A stretch of 63,615 bases of DNA from Carcharhinus longimanus. Taxonomy: Eukaryota. Made by a program: the position numbers and the translations under genes. The DNA lies in the NCBI GenBank assembly GCA_030264375.1, contig JASCQW010000099.1, positions 64,863,596 through 64,927,210 on the forward strand, given 5' to 3'. Positions within the stretch are counted from its first letter, which is position 1. The number at the start of each line of letters is the position of its first letter. Positions 59,001-63,615 of this stretch are shown here, one piece after another. A model generated the notes under the pieces. It made no database searches. It was not told the DNA's origin and saw nothing but the letters and a program-made list of their open reading frames with translations.

Positions 59001-61334
59001 GCTTCAAATTACTGAGAATTAAGGTTAGATATGTTCACTCAATACTGCAGATGAACAAGACCCTTTCTAAAAAACATTGAATTGATGTCCAACACAATTA
59101 TATACATCAGTGCTCAGGAAATGACATAACCTACTGATTGTTGCTTCTTTTGCCTCTCTCACTTAGATTTAAGACCATATCACATCACAATTTAGGAATT
59201 TGTGATCATTTTGATGCTTATAGGAAAATGATTTCTCAAATGTTTTTCTAATGCAATTGTAAGTGAAAATACAGTTGTAAGATAAACAAATTGATAATTT
59301 TATGCTTGGATTATGTGTGTGTTATAAAGAGAATGGAAGTAATGTACATTACCTTGTACACTTGATCAGGTATACATTGCTAATAGGCAAATTAGTATTT
59401 TAAATTATCCCAGGTATTAGAGATGGTGATTTAATTGTGCAGTTGTGCAATCTCTTGAGCTTTTGATGTTGCACTGTGAAGATTTCGAACAAATTGAAAT
59501 CACATAGCAAGGTTTATTGCATTTGTAAATTGAAGTTTGCTTAATTTATTTATGAGATAATCTAAGCTGTGGATCTAAATGTGGAAATGTACCATTTTCA
59601 CTTAAATACTTTGAACAGCTATATGCTGCTTCGTGGTGTTGAGGGTTCTGGAGTTGTGTTAATCCTTTCGCTGTGTATATAAGCATTATTAAATACAGTT
59701 GTAGCTTTCAAATGATTCAAGAGCGCATGCTGTTGTGATTTTCTTTTAAAATACAGCAGCCCTGGTACATGAAGCTTTTTCCTTGTTAGCTTGTTCTGTA
59801 TACAATCACCACCAAGCACCCACTGCTCAATATTAGCAGCCACTTTGTTTAAACAATCGCTTTATGCACATGGGAGAAAGGTTGTACATTTCTCTGCTTA
59901 AAAATTTCACACTGTTCTTGCAAATAAGAACATCATTTTGTTTACTTCTGTTGTAAGTGTTGCTTAATCTTGCTTTCTGTCCACTGCTGTCTGCCCTTTT
60001 TTCAGCATGTCCAGCTTGTTTCGCCAATGAGAGCACAGCGTTGAGGAGGGGTCCTACAATGGTATGTATACATTACGCATCAAATGCCTCTGCTGAAATT
60101 ACACTGCTTAATATTGCTTAATTTGCTGAGACTGTAGAATAATTGGCATGTCGGGAAATGTAATCACTTACTGGTCAAATTTCATAATTTCTGGATGTTT
60201 GTATTGCAAATTTCAGATCTGTCTCAGATATTTTCTCAGGTTAAATGTCGCTGCTGTCTTTACCTTTTTTTAACAAAAAGGTATTGTTATCTAATTTCCA
60301 CATGATTCATTCAAAAACTAAACTGTCCAATCCAAAAATAGTGCGCAGGCTTTTATTGTTGGTGCAGATGGTGGCCATACCATTTGTTTTCATAGAGAGA
60401 CTAATTAACATTAATCTTCATTAACAAAAACAGGAATTGATGGGATTGCATAGTATATCAGAGAGCCTCAATGAAGACAAAAAATAGGTTAATGTTTTGG
60501 AATCAGAATTGTTGCTCCACAATTACGTTTCAAAAATGTCCTTCACCACAAGGTGGGGCTATAGTTCCAAACAGTCTGCAGAAGGTAAATTTATTTTGTC
60601 CCAAATTACAACTCATCTGTTTTACATCAAAGGTGAAACCAGTCAGTAATTAGAAGCAATGTCCTCAAAATTGGTATTTGTGGATTGGATTGAATTTGTT
60701 TGTGTCAAATTTTGTTTCTCAGTGATTTTATTTCATTGGTTTTAAAGGGGATTGAACAACATCTGGATATTTCTGATTTGCAAGCCAAAATTCACCCTCG
60801 CAGCAGGAATATATCTGGTGTTCTTCAGTGGTGGTACCACCCATACCATTTAGGAATTAGGTTAACCTGCCAAAGATCAGTAAAACTCTTGTCTATTAGA
60901 GTTCTTAATTCCGGGCTCCTCGGGATTCTAGCTGACTGTGAAGGATGGGAGTATCATGGTGAAAGGCCTTAGCCTGGGGAAATAATGACAGTTGTGATTG
61001 TGATGGCATCAAGGTAGCAGCAGCTATCTCTGTGTCTCGGCATTGCCACAGAAGGCACAACTTTTGTAGAAAGCTTGATTATTTTAACTTCGCTGATGAG
61101 GTTTTGAGCACTTTGTAAATAATGTGACAGAAAAAGAAAGAAGTACTGTGAACCATATTTCCTCTTGCTTCCCATTTTTACTTTCACTACATCCCAGGGA
61201 ATGTGGTGCATTTTATAAAAAAATGCTTCAGTTCCCCTTTTCAACAACTTGTCAGGTTCAGAAGAGTTTCATATTTTATCACCAAAGAACAGATCACTTA
61301 GGAGCAAGTCACTTGTGTCAGCTGTGATCTAAAT

Positions 61335-63420
61335 AATATCCTATATAACTGTGGCAAAACATCCATACTTTTGTATCCAGTAGCAATAAACAAAAACATT
61401 CAATTTGCCTTCATAATCATTTGCTGTACCCACATACTAACTTTTTGTGATTAATGTACAAAGACACCTAGATCCCTTTGTACCTCAGAATTCTTCAATC
61501 TTTCCATTTAAATAATATGCTGCTTTTCTATTCTTCTGCTAAAGTAAGTTACGTTTTCCCAGATTATACTTTAACTGACAAATTTTTGCTCGCTCATTCA
61601 ACCTTTATATATATATTTATCCCTTTGTGGATTTCTAATGTTCTCTTCGCAACATATTTTCCTACCAGTTTTGATGACATCAGCCAATTTAGCAACCATA
61701 TATTCGGTCCTGTCATCCAAGTCATTGATATAGGTTGTAAATAGTTGAGGTCCAAGCACTGACCCCTGTGGCACCCCACTTGTCATGTTTTTGCCAAAAC
61801 GAAAATGACTCATTTATGTTTACTCTCTACGAACCAAGTCATGTGAATAAGCTACCCCTATACCACGAGCTCTTATTTTCTGTTGTAATCTTTGATGAGG
61901 CACCTTGTATCAAATGGCTTCTGGAACCCTAAGTAGAGAACATCCACAGCTTCCCCTTTATCCATGTTGCTTGTTACTTCCTCAAAGAACCCCATTAAGT
62001 TAGTGAAACATAATTTCCTTTCCATGTAACCATGTTGAGTCTGCCTTGAGGTTTTCTAAGTGCCTGCTATAACCACCTCAATTATAGAGTTCAGCATTTT
62101 CTCTACGACAGATGTTAAACTAACTGACCTGTAGTTCCCTGCTTTCTGTCTTCCTCCTGTCTTGCTTAAAGAAATTACATTGATCTAATCTGATGGAACC
62201 TTTCCAGTATATTGCAAATTTTAGAAAATTAAAACCAACACTTTTACTGTCTCAGCAACCAATTCTTTTAAGAACCTAGGATGAAGTCCATCAGGGCCTG
62301 GGGACTTGTTAGCTTTTAGAGATGTTAATTTTCACAATATCCTTTCTCTGGTGATTGAAGTTCCTCCCTCCCTTTCGCAGCTTAATACACACTTATTTAT
62401 GGGATGTTACTTGTATCTTCTACAATCAGATGCAAACTATCTGTTCAATTCATTCGCCATTTCCTTATTTTCCATTATTAATTCCCAGAGTCAACCTGGA
62501 GAGGACCAAGGCTCATTTTACATTTTTTATTGTTAAATGTCTGTCGAAACTCTTGCTATCTGTTTTTCTAGCTAGCTTTATTTCATACTTTAATTTGTCC
62601 CTCTTTTTGCTTTTTGTAATTCTGTCCAATTTTCCAATCTTTCACTAATCTTTATGGAATTGTATGCTTTTTCTATTCTTACCGTACTTAATTAGCTACC
62701 GATGTGCAACTCTCGCCTAGAGTATTTATTTTTCACTGGAATGTACCTTTGCCGAGTGAGACAAGATATTTCCTTAAATGTCTGCTACGGCATTTCTTCT
62801 GATTTATCCCTTGAACTAATTTCCCAGTTCACTTTAATCAGCTCTGTCTTCATAGCCTCGTAACTGCCTTTAAGTTCAAAACACTTGTCTTAGGCTCACC
62901 CTCTCTCCCTCGAACTAAACGCAAAATTCAATCGTGTTATGACCACTGCTGCCAAGGGACATCTTTACAATGAAATAATTAATTAATTCTGTCTCATGGC
63001 ACATCACCATATGTAGTATAGCCTGCTCTCTGGTTGGCTTTAGCATGTGCACTCTAAGAAGTGTCCTAAAAACACGCCACAAACTCATCTTCCAGGCTAC
63101 CTTTGCCAATCTGATTTGCCCAATCGATATATAGATTAAAATCACCCATGACTTTCACCATACCTTTCACACAAGCTCTCGTTATTTCTTCCTGCATACT
63201 CAGTCCTTCAGTGTGGTTATTGTTAGGGTGCCGAGAAATTACTCCCACAATTGAATTTTACTATTTCTTGCCTCTACTGACTGTACAGAACTTTAGTACT
63301 GTTCTTTGATTCTACATCTTGACCTTTCAAACTAAGGTCATCTATCTCTGTACAAATACCTTCCTTAATTAACAGAGCTACACCCTCCACCTCTTCACAG
63401 CTACCTGTCTTTCCTAAATG
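61335..63420 (-). mobile_element. Old CR1 LINE (endonuclease to RT)
   Basis: VMGDFNLYIDW, LGSSGHNTIEF, SGVPQGSVLGPQLFTTYINDLD, KLADVIK. Confidence 0.88.
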
Positions 63421-63615
63421 AATATGAAAGAATGTTTATTTATTTGGTCCATGGCTAGAAAAGTATCTCAGTTGGACTAATGGGAACCTAGTTTTACTGT
63501 ACTAATGTTATTCTATAAATACAGGCTATTGGATGTCAGGAGATCCACGGTAGTCTGAATTGTCCCAGAAAATGTCATTCATTGCTTTCCTCCTCATGTG
63601 GGACATTATTCTGAT

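Noticed and set aside
59846-59856. TTTAAAC slippery heptamer at the overlap of two minus-strand ORFs
   Set aside because: Joining the ORFs needs a +1 shift and the heptamer is in the wrong frame for -1 frameshifting.
55224-63615. TTC7A exon 4 candidates (acceptors near 58018 and 63524)
   Set aside because: Translations do not resemble the expected TTC7 sequence or stop quickly; exon 4 probably lies beyond the window.

Overview
Eukaryotic, repeat-rich genomic DNA. The repeat families (HE1/V-SINE-like, SacSINE1/Deu-like, CR1, Penelope) suggest a cartilaginous fish, probably a shark; this is inference. Three protein-coding genes were recognised by manually translating and splicing exons: (1) the last coding exon of ABCG5 (+, 1734-1927); (2) the complete 13-exon DYNC2LI1 CDS (-, 27230 to 6296; 1071 nt, 356 aa, all GT-AG introns with consistent phases); (3) coding exons 1-3 of TTC7A (+, from 38080, continuing beyond the window). 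DYNC2LI1 and TTC7A lie head-to-head about 10.8 kb apart, each with a ZNF143-type promoter motif, and DYNC2LI1 also has an RFX X-box. The rest is mostly SINEs, CR1/RTE/Rex LINE fragments, Penelope remnants (one with an apparently intact minimal hammerhead ribozyme) and Harbinger-like MITEs, often nested. Most notable: MITE insertions that recur at the hammerhead cleavage-site motif of Penelope terminal repeats, an 82-bp duplication that copies a DYNC2LI1 splice donor, two SINE subfamilies with the same head but different tails, and exon-like unique islands. No prokaryotic-type system (CRISPR etc.) is present and I cannot claim a proven new biological system. Gene and repeat names come from recalled sequence similarity, not database searches, and repeat boundaries are approximate.
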